Assembly: GCF_055900595.2 (NCBI RefSeq)
Contig: NZ_CM148325.1
Strand: one strand, 5' to 3'
Length of the DNA stretch: 64,000 nt
Shown here: piece by piece, positions 1-10,608 of the stretch
Layout of the letters: the number at the start of each line of letters is the position of its first letter
How positions within the stretch are numbered: the stretch's first letter is position 1
Made by a program: the position numbers and the translations under genes
The notes under the pieces: model-generated
Database searches by the model: none
The model's input: only the letters and a program-made list of their open reading frames with translations
What the model was told of the DNA's origin: nothing

Positions 1-37
1 GGCAACCCACTAAGTTGTCCGTCTTTTTTTATTCATT

Positions 38-75
38 GCGAATTATTTAATCATATTTATTGCATATAAATTCAC
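38..75 (+). promoter_or_regulatory. putative ArgR operator (ARG-box-like) in artJ promoter
   Basis: AT-rich region upstream of artJ with TTGCATATAAATTCAC resembling the ARG box TGAAT-w4-ATTCA; artJ is a known ArgR target; alignment imperfect. Confidence 0.3.
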
Positions 76-145
76 TTAATGGCATTGTTATCTCATGCCG
101 CAGACACGGCCAAAAATCATAAGATTGACAGACGGGAGTTCCATC

Positions 146-877
146 ATGAAAAAGTTAGTTCTTGCCGCTTTACTTTCATCCTGTGCATTCGGCGCTTCTG
201 CCGCAGAGAAAATCAATTTCGGCGTATCAGCGACCTATCCTCCCTTTGAATCTATAGGTGCTAATAATGAGATTGTCGGCTTTGATATCGACCTGGCAAA
301 AGCGTTATGCAAACAGATGCAGGCAGAATGTACTTTTACCAATCACGCTTTCGACAGCCTCATCCCGTCACTGAAATTCAGAAAATATGACGCCGTTATC
401 TCCGGTATGGATATCACGCCGGAGCGTAGCAAGCAGGTATCATTTACCACGCCCTACTACGAAAACTCAGCTGTTGTGATTGCCAAAAAAGATACCTACA
501 AAACGTTTGCCGACCTGAAAGGCAAACGCATTGGGATGGAAAACGGTACAACGCACCAGAAATATATTCAGGATCAACACCCGGAAGTAAAAACTGTCTC
601 CTATGACAGTTATCAAAATGCCTTTATCGACCTGAAAAATGGTCGTATTGATGGGGTATTTGGTGACACAGCGGTGGTTAATGAATGGCTGAAAACCAAT
701 CCACAACTGGGCGTTGCAACAGAGAAAGTAACCGACCCGCAGTACTTCGGCACCGGTCTGGGCATCGCTGTACGTCCGGATAATAAAGCCCTGCTGGAAA
801 AACTGAATAACGCACTGGCAGCGATTAAAGCAGATGGTACGTATCAGAAAATCAATGACCAGTGGTTCCCGCAGTAA
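146..877 (+). CDS. artJ: arginine ABC transporter periplasmic binding protein ArtJ
   Basis: ATG at 146 inside ORF 95..877; 243 aa with N-terminal signal peptide MKKLVLAALLSSCAFGASA; recognised from memory. Confidence 0.93.
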   Translation: MKKLVLAALLSSCAFGASAAEKINFGVSATYPPFESIGANNEIVGFDIDLAKALCKQMQAECTFTNHAFDSLIPSLKFRKYDAVISGMDITPERSKQVSFTTPYYENSAVVIAKKDTYKTFADLKGKRIGMENGTTHQKYIQDQHPEVKTVSYDSYQNAFIDLKNGRIDGVFGDTAVVNEWLKTNPQLGVATEKVTDPQYFGTGLGIAVRPDNKALLEKLNNALAAIKADGTYQKINDQWFPQ

Positions 878-903
878 TCGGGACTGATGACAAAAGTAAG
901 ATT

Positions 904-1003
904 GCCTGATGCGCTACGCTTATCAGGCCTACATTTACCCTGCAATGCATTGATTTAGCACGATTTTGTAGGCCAGATAAGGCGCTCACGCCGCATCCGA
1001 CAT
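904..1003. repeat. REP (repetitive extragenic palindromic) element pair
   Basis: GCCTGATGCGCTACGCTTATCAGGCCTACA and inverted GTAGGCCAGATAAGGCGCTCACGCCGCATCCGACATG, typical E. coli REP units. Confidence 0.8.
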
Positions 1004-1031
1004 GAACAACGCGCACCTTATCAGCAATCTG

Positions 1032-1053
1032 AAGCCGCAGCCGCGGCTTTTTT
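1032..1053 (+). terminator. rho-independent terminator after artJ (overlaps rlmC stop)
   Basis: stem AAGCCGC/GCGGCTT followed by TTTTTT. Confidence 0.7.
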
Positions 1054-2179
1054 ATTGCTTCACCAACAGTGTCAGCACTTCATAGTGCGCGGTGTGCGGG
1101 AACATATCAAAAAGCTGTACCCGTTCAATACGATAACCTGACAGTTCGCGGATATCTTTGGCCATCGTTTGGGCGTTACAGCTGGAGTAGATGATAAAAC
1201 GCGGTGCCATCGTTGAAAGATAATCACACAGCGGTTTACCAATGCCGCGGCGCGGCGGGTTAACCAGCACCAGCTCCGGCACCTCCCCCTGAGCGGTGGC
1301 AAACTGAGTGGAGTCCAGCGCCTGAAATTGCAAACGCGTTAAGCCCAGTTCAGCAGCTGACTGCTTCGCACAGGCAATGGCCTCTGGCGCAATTTCGATC
1401 CCGGTTAACTGCATGTCAGGCGTCGCGCAGTGTAAACCAAAGCCCCCCACGCCACAGAACAGATCCCACATATGTTTAACCGGCAACTGTTGTACCCAGC
1501 CGCGCGCAGTAGCGTACAGCTGGCTGGCTACCGCCGGATTAGTCTGGAAGAAACTTTGCGGACGGATCCACAGCGGCACATCGTTAAAACGCTCCGCCAG
1601 CGCCTGTTGTTCGGTCAGGTAAATCTCCGTTTCCCCTTCCATAATCGCCATATGTATCGGCTGAATGTTGACGGTAATAACTTTCAGCTGCGGCAGTTGT
1701 TCCTGTAACCACGGCAGCGCCTTACGCAGTTGTGCCAGCTTGGTTTCGGAACGCAGTACAAAGCGCAGCATCATGCCACCATCGCTCTGGCTTTCAGTCA
1801 GCAGAATGTATTTCAGTTCGCCACGCTTACGCGCCACATTGTAGGGGGTTAGCCCCGCACGGGCGATAAACGGTTTTAGCGACGCAAAAACGGGCGCAAA
1901 TGAGGCAGGATAAAGCGGGCAATCGCAAAGGTCTTCTGGTGTGCCGTCGCGATGCAGCATACCGAGCAGTGGTTTTTCAACGCTACCACTCACCACCATT
2001 TTGGCTTTATTACGAAACCCTTGCTCCGGGCCTGACACCGGCGCGCACCATTCCTCAACCGAAAAGTCGGCGAGCAGATTTTTAAGATCGGCGGTTTTAG
2101 CGGAGAGTTGCTCTGGAATCAGCTGCGTTATCCACTGACAGGAACGACAGCGACCCGCGTCGTAAAGTGCGCACTGCAT
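1052..2179 (-). CDS. rlmC: 23S rRNA (uracil747-C5)-methyltransferase RlmC
   Basis: 375 aa ORF; N-terminal Cys cluster (CxxxxCxxC), SAM-dependent methyltransferase fold; length matches RlmC/RumB. Confidence 0.92.
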   Translation of the reverse strand: MQCALYDAGRCRSCQWITQLIPEQLSAKTADLKNLLADFSVEEWCAPVSGPEQGFRNKAKMVVSGSVEKPLLGMLHRDGTPEDLCDCPLYPASFAPVFASLKPFIARAGLTPYNVARKRGELKYILLTESQSDGGMMLRFVLRSETKLAQLRKALPWLQEQLPQLKVITVNIQPIHMAIMEGETEIYLTEQQALAERFNDVPLWIRPQSFFQTNPAVASQLYATARGWVQQLPVKHMWDLFCGVGGFGLHCATPDMQLTGIEIAPEAIACAKQSAAELGLTRLQFQALDSTQFATAQGEVPELVLVNPPRRGIGKPLCDYLSTMAPRFIIYSSCNAQTMAKDIRELSGYRIERVQLFDMFPHTAHYEVLTLLVKQ

Positions 2180-2219
2180 ACATTGACCTTCACATCATCA
2201 GGGGCGACGATTATACACA

Positions 2220-2708
2220 TTATTGCAACTGGAAGAACCGCCGACTGGTTGAGGGAACGAACAGTAGCAACAGGATGAGCATATCCGGCAACTTCTGCAG
2301 CATCAGGCTATGGAAGATTTCACGTTTTGATTCACCGGGAATGCTGAACAGCTCCGGATAACCATACCCCAGCGAAGCCGCCCACAAATAACTGGCGGCC
2401 GTGATTTGTGTCAACAGATACAGCCAGCGCGCCCAGCGACGCCCTTTCACCAGTGAAAACGCACACCAGATCTCAATGAAAACCAGCACCAGGCTGCTTA
2501 AAAAGACCAGTGTTAAACTCCAGGTTTGTACACTGCGATGAATGAACTCGCCAATACCGCGCACGCCCAGCGTATTGAAAATCATCAGCACGTCGAGGCC
2601 ACGGATCATAATAATGGCGAGCGCCGCCACCTGCACCAGCGCAGGCACATTCAGGCGAGCATGAGATGAAGATGTTTTCTTAAAAAATCCCAACGTTTCG
2701 TCTTCCAT
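2220..2708 (-). CDS. ybjO: inner membrane protein YbjO (DUF2593)
   Basis: 162 aa hydrophobic ORF in the expected position between rlmC and potI. Confidence 0.85.
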   Translation of the reverse strand: MEDETLGFFKKTSSSHARLNVPALVQVAALAIIMIRGLDVLMIFNTLGVRGIGEFIHRSVQTWSLTLVFLSSLVLVFIEIWCAFSLVKGRRWARWLYLLTQITAASYLWAASLGYGYPELFSIPGESKREIFHSLMLQKLPDMLILLLLFVPSTSRRFFQLQ

Positions 2709-2767
2709 GAAAACAATGCCGCGACATGCGCGGCATTATGTAGCCAGGTTGGCAAATTTTAGTGTCT

Positions 2768-3613
2768 TCAGCCACGTCTTGCACGCTGGATGTCGCGTAT
2801 CCGCTGTTTTTCTGCGCGCGCCATCAGATACCAGGCGATAAATCCGACAATTCCGACCGCGCCGAGGATCAATGTTGCCAGGGCGTTGATTTCCGGATTT
2901 ACCCCCATCCGCACGCTGGAGAAGACCAGCATCGGTAACGTGGTGGCTCCTGGCCCGGAAACAAAGCTGGCAATCACCAGATCGTCGAGCGACAGAGTAA
3001 AAGCCAGTAACCAGCCAGAAATGATCGCGGGCATGATCATCGGTAGCGTAATGACGAAAAACACTTTCAGTGGCGTCGCACCAAGATCCATCGCTGCTTC
3101 TTCTATCGAGCTATCCAGTTCCCGCAGACGCGACGAAATAACGACTGCCACATAAGCCGTACAGAAAGTGACATGCGCCAGCCAGATGGTGAGCATGCCT
3201 CGCTCCGCAGGCCAGCCGATGGCATGTGCAAGTGCGACGAATAACAACAACAGCGACAAGCCTGTGATGACATCTGGCATTACCAGCGGCGCGGTGATCA
3301 TAAAGGCAAAACCATTTGATCCGCGAAACCTGCCAAAACGCACCAGCACTACCGCCGCAATCGTCCCGAGGATCGCCGCTGCCGTTGCCGCACAGGCTGC
3401 AATTGTCAGGCTTAAACCAACCGCGCTCATCATCGCGTCATCACGCAGTAATTCGCCATACCAGCGCGTTGACCAACCCGCCCATACCGTCACCAACTTC
3501 GAGCTGTTGAATGAATAGATCACCAGCATCAGCATTGGCGCGTAGAGAAAGGTGAAGCCCAGCAGCAAAATCACAATCCGCCAGGGCGAACGAACCACCG
3601 GTAAATTATTCAT
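2768..3613 (-). CDS. potI: putrescine ABC transporter permease PotI
   Basis: 281 aa from ATG at 3613 (MNNLPVV...); ATG overlaps potH stop (ATGA); ABC permease signature. Confidence 0.92.
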   Translation of the reverse strand: MNNLPVVRSPWRIVILLLGFTFLYAPMLMLVIYSFNSSKLVTVWAGWSTRWYGELLRDDAMMSAVGLSLTIAACAATAAAILGTIAAVVLVRFGRFRGSNGFAFMITAPLVMPDVITGLSLLLLFVALAHAIGWPAERGMLTIWLAHVTFCTAYVAVVISSRLRELDSSIEEAAMDLGATPLKVFFVITLPMIMPAIISGWLLAFTLSLDDLVIASFVSGPGATTLPMLVFSSVRMGVNPEINALATLILGAVGIVGFIAWYLMARAEKQRIRDIQRARRG

Positions 3614-4563
3614 CCGTGTTCTCCCACGCTTTTTTGCTGATGCTTGTGGAACCACATTATCGGCACAATTAGCAGCAGCAACATGATGATCGCTACCGCC
3701 GAGGCCACCGGCCAGTCGCGGTTATTGAAAAACTCCTGCCACAGCACGCGCCCGATCATGATGCTGTCCGGGCCACCGAGCAGTTCAGGGATCACAAACT
3801 CGCCCACAGCCGGGATAAACACCAGCATCGATCCGGCAATAATCCCGCCTTTGGTCAGCGGCACGATCACAGTAAAGAACGTTTTCAGCGGTCGTGCACC
3901 GAGATCCAGTGCCGCTTCCACCAGCGAATAATCAATACGAATCAACGCGGTATAAATCGGCAGCACCATAAACGGTACATAGGCATAAACAATGCCGATA
4001 TAAACAGCCAGGTTTGTATGCAGAATGGTCAGCGGCTGGTCGATAACTCCCAGCCACAGCAGAAAGTTATTCAGCACGCCGTTATTTTTTAATATTCCCA
4101 TCCAGGCATAGACGCGGATCAGAAACGAGGTCCACGACGGCAGGATCACCAGCAGCAATAAGATATTGCGGGTCGAAGGCTTACTGTGCGCCACCGCCCA
4201 CGCCAGCGGATAGCCGATCAGTAAACAACAAATTGTCGAAATCGCCGCTACCTGTAACGACTGGAGATATGCATCGAAATAGAGCGGATCGTCAGTCAGT
4301 TGCAGGAAATTACCAAGATTGAGGGTGATGGAAAGTTGCCCGTCAGCCCACTCCATCAGTTCGGTATAAGGTGGAATAGCGCGCGCCATCTCCGCCAGAC
4401 TTATTTTAAAGACGATCAGAAATGGCAGCAGAAACAGTAAGATCAACCAGATATACGGCAACGCAATGACCAGTTTGCGCCCATGCTTCATTTGCAGCTG
4501 CGACAACCACAGCTTAAATCCGCCCGGCGGTTTCGACTGGGCAGCAGGTTCAAGTGTACTCAT
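3610..4563 (-). CDS. potH: putrescine ABC transporter permease PotH
   Basis: 317 aa ORF, multi-TM ABC permease, operon position. Confidence 0.93.
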   Translation of the reverse strand: MSTLEPAAQSKPPGGFKLWLSQLQMKHGRKLVIALPYIWLILLFLLPFLIVFKISLAEMARAIPPYTELMEWADGQLSITLNLGNFLQLTDDPLYFDAYLQSLQVAAISTICCLLIGYPLAWAVAHSKPSTRNILLLLVILPSWTSFLIRVYAWMGILKNNGVLNNFLLWLGVIDQPLTILHTNLAVYIGIVYAYVPFMVLPIYTALIRIDYSLVEAALDLGARPLKTFFTVIVPLTKGGIIAGSMLVFIPAVGEFVIPELLGGPDSIMIGRVLWQEFFNNRDWPVASAVAIIMLLLLIVPIMWFHKHQQKSVGEHG

Positions 4564-4572
4564 CTTTGCTCC

Positions 4573-5706
4573 TTAAACCGTCAACACCACACAGCTGTCC
4601 ACTTCCCAGCACAAACGCACTTCGTCGCCCCAGGTCGGTAACCCTTTGCGATAACGATGGGCGTTTTGTAGCTGGGCGCTAATCATTTGCCCGCTTTTTA
4701 GACGAACGTGATACACCGAAAGATCGCCGAGATAGGCAATGTGCATCACCTCCCCTACCGCGAAGTTACAACCATTGGCGGGCGGTGCTTCGCAAAGCAT
4801 GATTTTTTCCGGCCGCAGCGCCACATGCACCGGCACGTTATCGACCACCGAAGCATCTACATCAACTTTCAGTGGATGCACCAGCCCCGGCGAATAAAGC
4901 ACCAGACCATCTTCCTGACGCTCTTTGAGTACACCTTCAAAGACGTTTACCGAACCGATAAATTCAGCACTGTAGCGCGTGGTCGGATGCTCGTAGATCT
5001 CTTCCGGCTCGCCAATCTGGACAAATTTCCCACGATTCATAATGGCGATACGCCCCGCCATCGTCATCGCCTCTTCCTGATCGTGAGTAACCATCACGCA
5101 GGTCACACCGACACGTTCCAGAATATCCACCACTTCAAGCTGCATCCGGTCACGCAGTTTTTTATCCAGCGCGCCCATCGGCTCGTCGAGCAGTAATAGT
5201 TTCGGACGTTTGGCGAGGCTTCGGGCCAGCGCCACACGCTGTCGCTGACCGCCGGAAAGCTGATGCGGTTTGCGTTTGGCGAACTCCTGCATATGCACCA
5301 GCCCAAGCATCTCATTGACCCGGCTGGCAATTTCCGCTTTCGGCAATTTGTCCTGTTTCAGGCCAAAAGCGATGTTCTGTTCCACGGTCATATGCGGAAA
5401 CAGCGCGTAAGACTGAAACATCATATTGATAGGGCGCAGGTAAGGCGGTACCTGTGATAAATCGACGCCATCGAGCATAATCTGCCCGGCAGAAGGTTGT
5501 TCGAAACCTGCCAGCATACGCAGCAGCGTGGACTTGCCACAGCCGGATGCGCCCAGCAGCGCGAAGATTTCGCCTTTATAGATGGTCAGGCTGACATCAT
5601 CGACCGCATGCTGACCATCGTAAGATTTAGTCAGATTACGGATTTCTAATAGCGGCGTCAGCGCCTTACGGGTTTTCGCCTGGGGGCGAGGGATAGCGTC
5701 ATTCAC
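4573..5706 (-). CDS. potG: putrescine ABC transporter ATP-binding protein PotG
   Basis: GTG start at 5706 (plus-strand CAC at 5704..5706) gives 377 aa beginning (M)NDAIPRPQAK; Walker A GASGCGKST, LSGGQRQR signature. Confidence 0.9.
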   Translation of the reverse strand: MNDAIPRPQAKTRKALTPLLEIRNLTKSYDGQHAVDDVSLTIYKGEIFALLGASGCGKSTLLRMLAGFEQPSAGQIMLDGVDLSQVPPYLRPINMMFQSYALFPHMTVEQNIAFGLKQDKLPKAEIASRVNEMLGLVHMQEFAKRKPHQLSGGQRQRVALARSLAKRPKLLLLDEPMGALDKKLRDRMQLEVVDILERVGVTCVMVTHDQEEAMTMAGRIAIMNRGKFVQIGEPEEIYEHPTTRYSAEFIGSVNVFEGVLKERQEDGLVLYSPGLVHPLKVDVDASVVDNVPVHVALRPEKIMLCEAPPANGCNFAVGEVMHIAYLGDLSVYHVRLKSGQMISAQLQNAHRYRKGLPTWGDEVRLCWEVDSCVVLTV

Positions 5707-5800
5707 GGCTGCTCTCCGGCATTGAATGTGTGCAAGCGCACCCTGATGGTGCGAATTGCCGGCGGGTGTGGTGCGCCCGTCCGGCATCTACGGCTGCGGA

Positions 5801-6913
5801 TTATTTTCCGCTCTTCACTTTGGTCCACGCGCGGGTGCGCACACGGTCGATTTTCGGATCCTGCACTTTCAGAGTGAACAGCTTCGCACGGACATCCGCA
5901 GGCGGGTAAATACCGGGGTTATCACGCACTTCCGCGCTTACCAGCGGCGTAGCTTCTTTGTTCGCGTTGGCATAGAACACATGGTCAGAGATATGCGCTA
6001 CGACATCCGGACGCAGCAGGTAATTCAGGAACTGATAAGCTTCGTCTTTATTTTTGGCATCCGCAGGCATGGCAAATACATCAAAGAATGCCATCGCCCC
6101 TTCTTTCGGAATCGAGAACGAGACATTCACGCCATTCTTTGCTTCCTTCGCGCGGTTTGACGCCTGCCAGACATCGCCCGCCCAGCCAATAGCGACGCAG
6201 ATATCGCCGTTTGCCAGGTCGTTAATGTATTGAGATGAATGGAAATAACGAATGTTCGGGCGCAGCTTTAACAGCAGATCGGTTGCCGGTCCGGTGTAAT
6301 CATCTGCTTTAGTGCTGTTGGGATCTTTACCGAGATAATTCAGCACGGTAGCAAACACTTCTTCCGGTGCATCAAGGAAAGAGACGCCGCAGCTTTTCAG
6401 TTTTTCCAGATTTTCAGGTTTGAGGATCAAGTCCCAGCTATCGACGGGCGCGTTTTCACCCAGTACAGCTTTGACTTTATCGACGTTATAGCCAATCCCG
6501 GTCGTCGCCCACATATAGGGCATAGCAAATTTATTATCCGGGTCATGTTTAGCGACCAGCTTCAGCAGTTCCGGGTCGAGATTCTTCCACTCCGGCAATT
6601 TGTTTTTATCCAGTGGCTGGAAAACTCCCGCTGTCAGCTGGCGTTCAAGAAAGCTTGCTGACGGCACCACCAGGTCAAACCCGGTGCTCCCCGCCATTAA
6701 TTTTCCTTCCAGTACTTCGTTGGAATCGAAAACATCGTAAACGACTTAAATACCGGTTTCTTTTTCAAAATTGGCCACCGTATCCGGGGCGATATAATCA
6801 GACCAGTTATAGATGTGGAGTGTTTTTTGTTCAGCCGCGAGCGTGCCGACAGAGACGGCCATCAGAGCACCCGCAACCAGACCCGATAGCCATTTTTTAT
6901 TTAAGGCGGTCAT
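5801..6913 (-). pseudogene. potF: putrescine-binding periplasmic protein PotF, interrupted by in-frame TAA stop at codon 56
   Basis: ATG at 6913 ([11 protein letters not shown]... signal peptide) and stop at 5801 span the 370-codon length expected for PotF, but plus-strand TTA at 6746..6748 is an in-frame TAA (...FEKETGI*VVYDVF...); ORF track splits the gene into 6746..7063 and 5801..6697 in the same frame. Confidence 0.85.
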
Positions 6914-6972
6914 ATCTCTTTCCTTCTGAAAGTTCGTTAACAAACGAACAAAAGTTGTCACACTGAAAGATA

Positions 6973-6988
6973 TGCAATATTCGTGCAT
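6973..6988 (-). promoter_or_regulatory. putative sigma54-like -24/-12 element upstream of potF
   Basis: minus-strand ATGCACGAATATTGCA resembles TGGCAC-N5-TTGCA but has TG instead of GG at -24; low confidence. Confidence 0.2.
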
Positions 6989-7263
6989 ATTTTTTATCGG
7001 CTCGGTGTAAGAAAAGAGAACTCTCTCCCGGCCAGCACTGCTCGCTATATAAAAGCATCGCAAGAATAACTTTAGCCAGGGTTTGAGACTATAGCTCGAT
7101 TTAAAAAACGGTATTTAACAAATTTTTATGCGTATTTGCTCTATGTGATAAAGCCAAATCGGCACAAGAGAAGTGAAATAATCTTTAAGAAGAGGTTAAA
7201 AACAGCAGATAATTTTGCAGCACGCAGTCACTGCGGCAGCGACTGCGTACTCTAAAGGAGTTA

Positions 7264-7740
7264 TCAGTGGAGGAAATAGTTTTCGGTAACGTTGTTTTGC
7301 CCTTCATCGTCAGTCGGTAACAGCAGTTGATGGGCATTAGCTTCAAGAATGACCATCGAAATCTGCTCTTCGCTCTGACGCACGAACCATGCAAACTGCT
7401 CATAGGTTACGCCCTGCATAACGGATAAAGACTGGCAAACCACCAGCTTTGGCAGATTATCATCCTGCATATCAAGAAATGCTTTCACGGTCAGCGAACT
7501 GGCATTGATGGCTGATAAATCCGCCGCCAGCGGTAACACGGCTGAAGGTCGGACTTCCGCCATGGCAGAAAACAGGATCGTGTTATCGATCAGATCGATT
7601 TTGGCATCAAAGACACCGTCGAAATTCTGCATATGGGGCAGATGCAGAGCCTGACAGTTATCACATTCAAAAAAACTCATCCCCAGGTCATCGAGCCATT
7701 GACGCAACGTATCCAGACCAGGAACGACCAGCGATGTCAT
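7264..7740 (-). CDS. ybjN: YbjN family protein (putative sensory transduction regulator)
   Basis: 158 aa from ATG at 7740 (MTSLVVPGLD...). Confidence 0.9.
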   Translation of the reverse strand: MTSLVVPGLDTLRQWLDDLGMSFFECDNCQALHLPHMQNFDGVFDAKIDLIDNTILFSAMAEVRPSAVLPLAADLSAINASSLTVKAFLDMQDDNLPKLVVCQSLSVMQGVTYEQFAWFVRQSEEQISMVILEANAHQLLLPTDDEGQNNVTENYFLH

Positions 7741-7827
7741 AATTTTGTACAACCTCTTTCGATAAAAAGACCGGCACAGCTTACGCAAAAAGCGCAGGCA
7801 AAACCATGATCAGTAATGTGATTGCGA

Positions 7828-8730
7828 CTAACCACCCGTTTTCAGGCAATATTCGGTCGTAGCGTGGCGTTCGATCCAGCGGATCATTTTACCCGCGATG
7901 TCGATACCGGTGGTTTTTTCTATTCCTTCCAGCCCCGGCGACGCATTCACCTCCATCACCAATGGCCCGCGATTAGCACGCAGAATATCCACACCAGCAA
8001 CGTCCAGCGCCATCGTTCGCGCGGCTTTTATCGCGATTTCACGCTCCTGTGGTGTGATACTGGCGACGCTTGCCGCGCCTCCACGATGCAAATTGGAACG
8101 AAAATCGCCCTCTTTCGCCCGCCGTTCAATCGCAGCGACCACTTCATCGCCAACAACCAGACAGCGGATATCGCACCCTTGCGCCTCTTTGATATATTCC
8201 TGCACCAAAATATGCGCGTTCAGACCGCGGAAAGCGTCAATCACGCTTTCCGCCGCCTGACGCGTCTCCGCCAGCACGACACCAATTCCCTGCGTACCTT
8301 CAACCAGCTTAACCACCAGCGGCGCACCACCGACCATGTCGATTAAATCGCTGGTATCATCCGGCGAATGCGTAATGCCCGTGACAGGCAGGTCGATGCC
8401 CTGACGCGCCAACAGCTGCATGGAACGCAACTTGTCACGCGCCCGGGCAATGGCGACCGACTCATTGAGCGGATAGCTCCCCAGCATTTCAAACTGACGT
8501 AGCGCCGCCGTCCCATAAAAGGTAATGGCGGTGCCAATACGCGGGATCACAGCGTCAAAATGGGGTAACTTGCGGCCTTTGTAGTGAATAGAAGACGCCG
8601 CAGGATTTATGTTCATGTAGCAAGAAAGCGGATCAAGAATTTCAACCAGGTGACCACGCTGTATAGCGGCTTCACGCAGCCGCTTACACGAATAGAGCGT
8701 TCCATCCCGGGACAATATGGCAATTTTCAC
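7828..8730 (-). CDS. rimK: ribosomal protein S6 glutamate ligase RimK
   Basis: 300 aa, ATP-grasp fold; start codon GTG at 8730. Confidence 0.92.
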   Translation of the reverse strand: MKIAILSRDGTLYSCKRLREAAIQRGHLVEILDPLSCYMNINPAASSIHYKGRKLPHFDAVIPRIGTAITFYGTAALRQFEMLGSYPLNESVAIARARDKLRSMQLLARQGIDLPVTGITHSPDDTSDLIDMVGGAPLVVKLVEGTQGIGVVLAETRQAAESVIDAFRGLNAHILVQEYIKEAQGCDIRCLVVGDEVVAAIERRAKEGDFRSNLHRGGAASVASITPQEREIAIKAARTMALDVAGVDILRANRGPLVMEVNASPGLEGIEKTTGIDIAGKMIRWIERHATTEYCLKTGG

Positions 8731-8790
8731 CCTGCACCTCTCTGTCAGACCTGGTCAAAAGCCCGCGTATCATACATCGGCGTGGCGGTT

Positions 8791-9513
8791 TTAGCGCGTA
8801 GCCCAACCCTGTTTGTGCAAATAATCCAGTATAAATGGGCGGCTTTCTTTAATGATTGTTCGGCGGATATGATCGCTCCAGGTATCCCGGCGATTATTGC
8901 TGCCACGGGTGAGGTAATATTCCGCCAGCTGCTCGTCATACTGCGCCAGTGCGTCTTTATCCAGCGGTTGATAGCTGTTTTCATGCACCAAAATGGAAGC
9001 CGGTAAACGCGGCTTAAGATCTGGATTATCCGCAGGCCAGCCAAGGCACAGCCCAAACAGCGGCAGAACATGCTGCGGTAATTTCAGCAGTTCCGTCACC
9101 GCTTCAATATTATTGCGCAGGCCGCCAATATATACCCCGCCCAATCCCAGCGATTCCGCTGCGGTTAACGCATTCTGCGCCATCATTGCCGTATCAACGA
9201 CACCGAGCAACAGTTGTTCCGCCAGGCCAAGTTGTGCATCCGGACAGATCTGTAAATGGCGGTTAAAGTCGGCACAGAACACCCAAAACTCCGCCGCTTT
9301 CGCTACGTGTTTTTGCCCGCCGGTCAGCGTCACCAGTTCATCACGTAACGCTTTGTCGGTAATGCGAATAATGCTACTGCACTGCAAAAAACTGGAACTG
9401 GACGTCGCACGGGCGCTGTTAATAATCGCCTCACGCTGCGCTTCGGAAATGGGTTCATCAGTGAAATGGCGAATGGAGCGATGGCCACAAATAAGTTCAA
9501 TGGTTGGCGTCAT
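8791..9513 (-). CDS. nfsA: NADPH-dependent oxygen-insensitive nitroreductase NfsA
   Basis: 240 aa, MTPTIELICGHRSIRHFTDEPI... recognised. Confidence 0.94.
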   Translation of the reverse strand: MTPTIELICGHRSIRHFTDEPISEAQREAIINSARATSSSSFLQCSSIIRITDKALRDELVTLTGGQKHVAKAAEFWVFCADFNRHLQICPDAQLGLAEQLLLGVVDTAMMAQNALTAAESLGLGGVYIGGLRNNIEAVTELLKLPQHVLPLFGLCLGWPADNPDLKPRLPASILVHENSYQPLDKDALAQYDEQLAEYYLTRGSNNRRDTWSDHIRRTIIKESRPFILDYLHKQGWATR

Positions 9514-9784
9514 TATCTTTTTCTCTTTCTGAACGTGAATATTGCGGTGGACGGTTCATCAACTGTGGTGCTATACGTTTTGCCACCTGAAGAGTAACCA
9601 CCACCGCAGCGGGAAGCATGAGCAAAACACCGAGAAAAATCATCAGAATCTGCCCCTCTGGCCAAGAAAATGGCTCAGGCAGCGACAGGACGTCGCTTAC
9701 CGACAGTAGCGCCACCGTCAGCAACATCATCCCGATAAATTCCAGTATCACCACGCTTTTAGGCAATTTACCGATCGCGCGCAT
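9497..9784 (-). CDS. ybjC: small membrane protein YbjC
   Basis: 95 aa hydrophobic ORF overlapping nfsA start; first gene of ybjC-nfsA-rimK-ybjN operon. Confidence 0.85.
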   Translation of the reverse strand: MRAIGKLPKSVVILEFIGMMLLTVALLSVSDVLSLPEPFSWPEGQILMIFLGVLLMLPAAVVVTLQVAKRIAPQLMNRPPQYSRSEREKDNDANH

Positions 9785-9943
9785 ACGCTTCCCTCAGCAA
9801 AGTAAGCCCTCAGTCTAAAACTTTTCACTGTATTGTGTTTAACAGTTATAGCTTTTAGCAATTAATGCAACAGGTTAAACCTACTTTCAGCGAATACATT
9901 TTGGCGTGATCATTACCGGCATAAACCGATGAGGAGAGAAACA

Positions 9944-10201
9944 ATGCAAACCGTTATTTTTGGTCGTCCGGGTTGCCCTTACTGTGTGCGTGCAAAAGAT
10001 CTGGCTGAGAAGTTGAGCAATGAACGCGATGATTTTCAGTATCAGTATGTAGATATTCGTGCGGAAGGGATCACTAAAGAAGATCTACAACAAAAGGCAG
10101 GTAAACCCGTAGAAACCGTGCCGCAGATTTTTGTCGATCAGCAACATATCGGCGGCTATACCGATTTTGCTGCATGGGTGAAAGAGAATCTGGACGCCTG
10201 A
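9944..10201 (+). CDS. grxA: glutaredoxin 1
   Basis: 85 aa from ATG at 9944; CPYC active site motif. Confidence 0.93.
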   Translation: MQTVIFGRPGCPYCVRAKDLAEKLSNERDDFQYQYVDIRAEGITKEDLQQKAGKPVETVPQIFVDQQHIGGYTDFAAWVKENLDA

Positions 10202-10210
10202 GCGTCTGAC

Positions 10211-10243
10211 AAGCCCTCGTGTTGAGGGCTTAATTAATTTTTT
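10211..10243. terminator. bidirectional hairpin terminator between grxA and ybjM
   Basis: stem AAGCCCTC/GAGGGCTT followed by T-run; lies between convergent stops. Confidence 0.7.
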
Positions 10244-10608
10244 CTGTGCTGTGATTTAAACAAACTGCTGATAAATAAGAAACACAGTGCCCCCAACGCA
10301 CACCAGAACACCGCACTTAATAACCATGCCAGCTCTTGCCAGAATGAGCGCGTTGGTGAAAAAAACAGCCGCATTATGAGCATCGAACAGGGTGCCGCCA
10401 GCATTGCGCCAAACAGAGGTTTCAGGACTTCTCTACGCTGTGAAAAGAAGCTGGCAACCGCTCCAGGAAGAATGAAAAACAGCAAACCAATTTCAGGATG
10501 CCCGGCAGCCCGAAAAGCGCCTTTCATGTGCGTCGCCAGAAAAAGGCACACCACAATGAAGAGGACAAAACAGCAGATTGCCCCCGCCCAACGTTGTTTA
10601 TGTTTCAC
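10234..10608 (-). CDS. ybjM: inner membrane protein YbjM
   Basis: 124 aa hydrophobic ORF in expected position. Confidence 0.85.
   Translation of the reverse strand: MKHKQRWAGAICCFVLFIVVCLFLATHMKGAFRAAGHPEIGLLFFILPGAVASFFSQRREVLKPLFGAMLAAPCSMLIMRLFFSPTRSFWQELAWLLSAVFWCALGALCFLFISSLFKSQHRKN

Noticed and set aside
6613-6966. 117-aa plus-strand ORF spanning the potF nonsense site
   Set aside because: Antisense to potF and the potF leader; no RBS; the lesion is better explained as a point nonsense mutation in potF than as a new gene.
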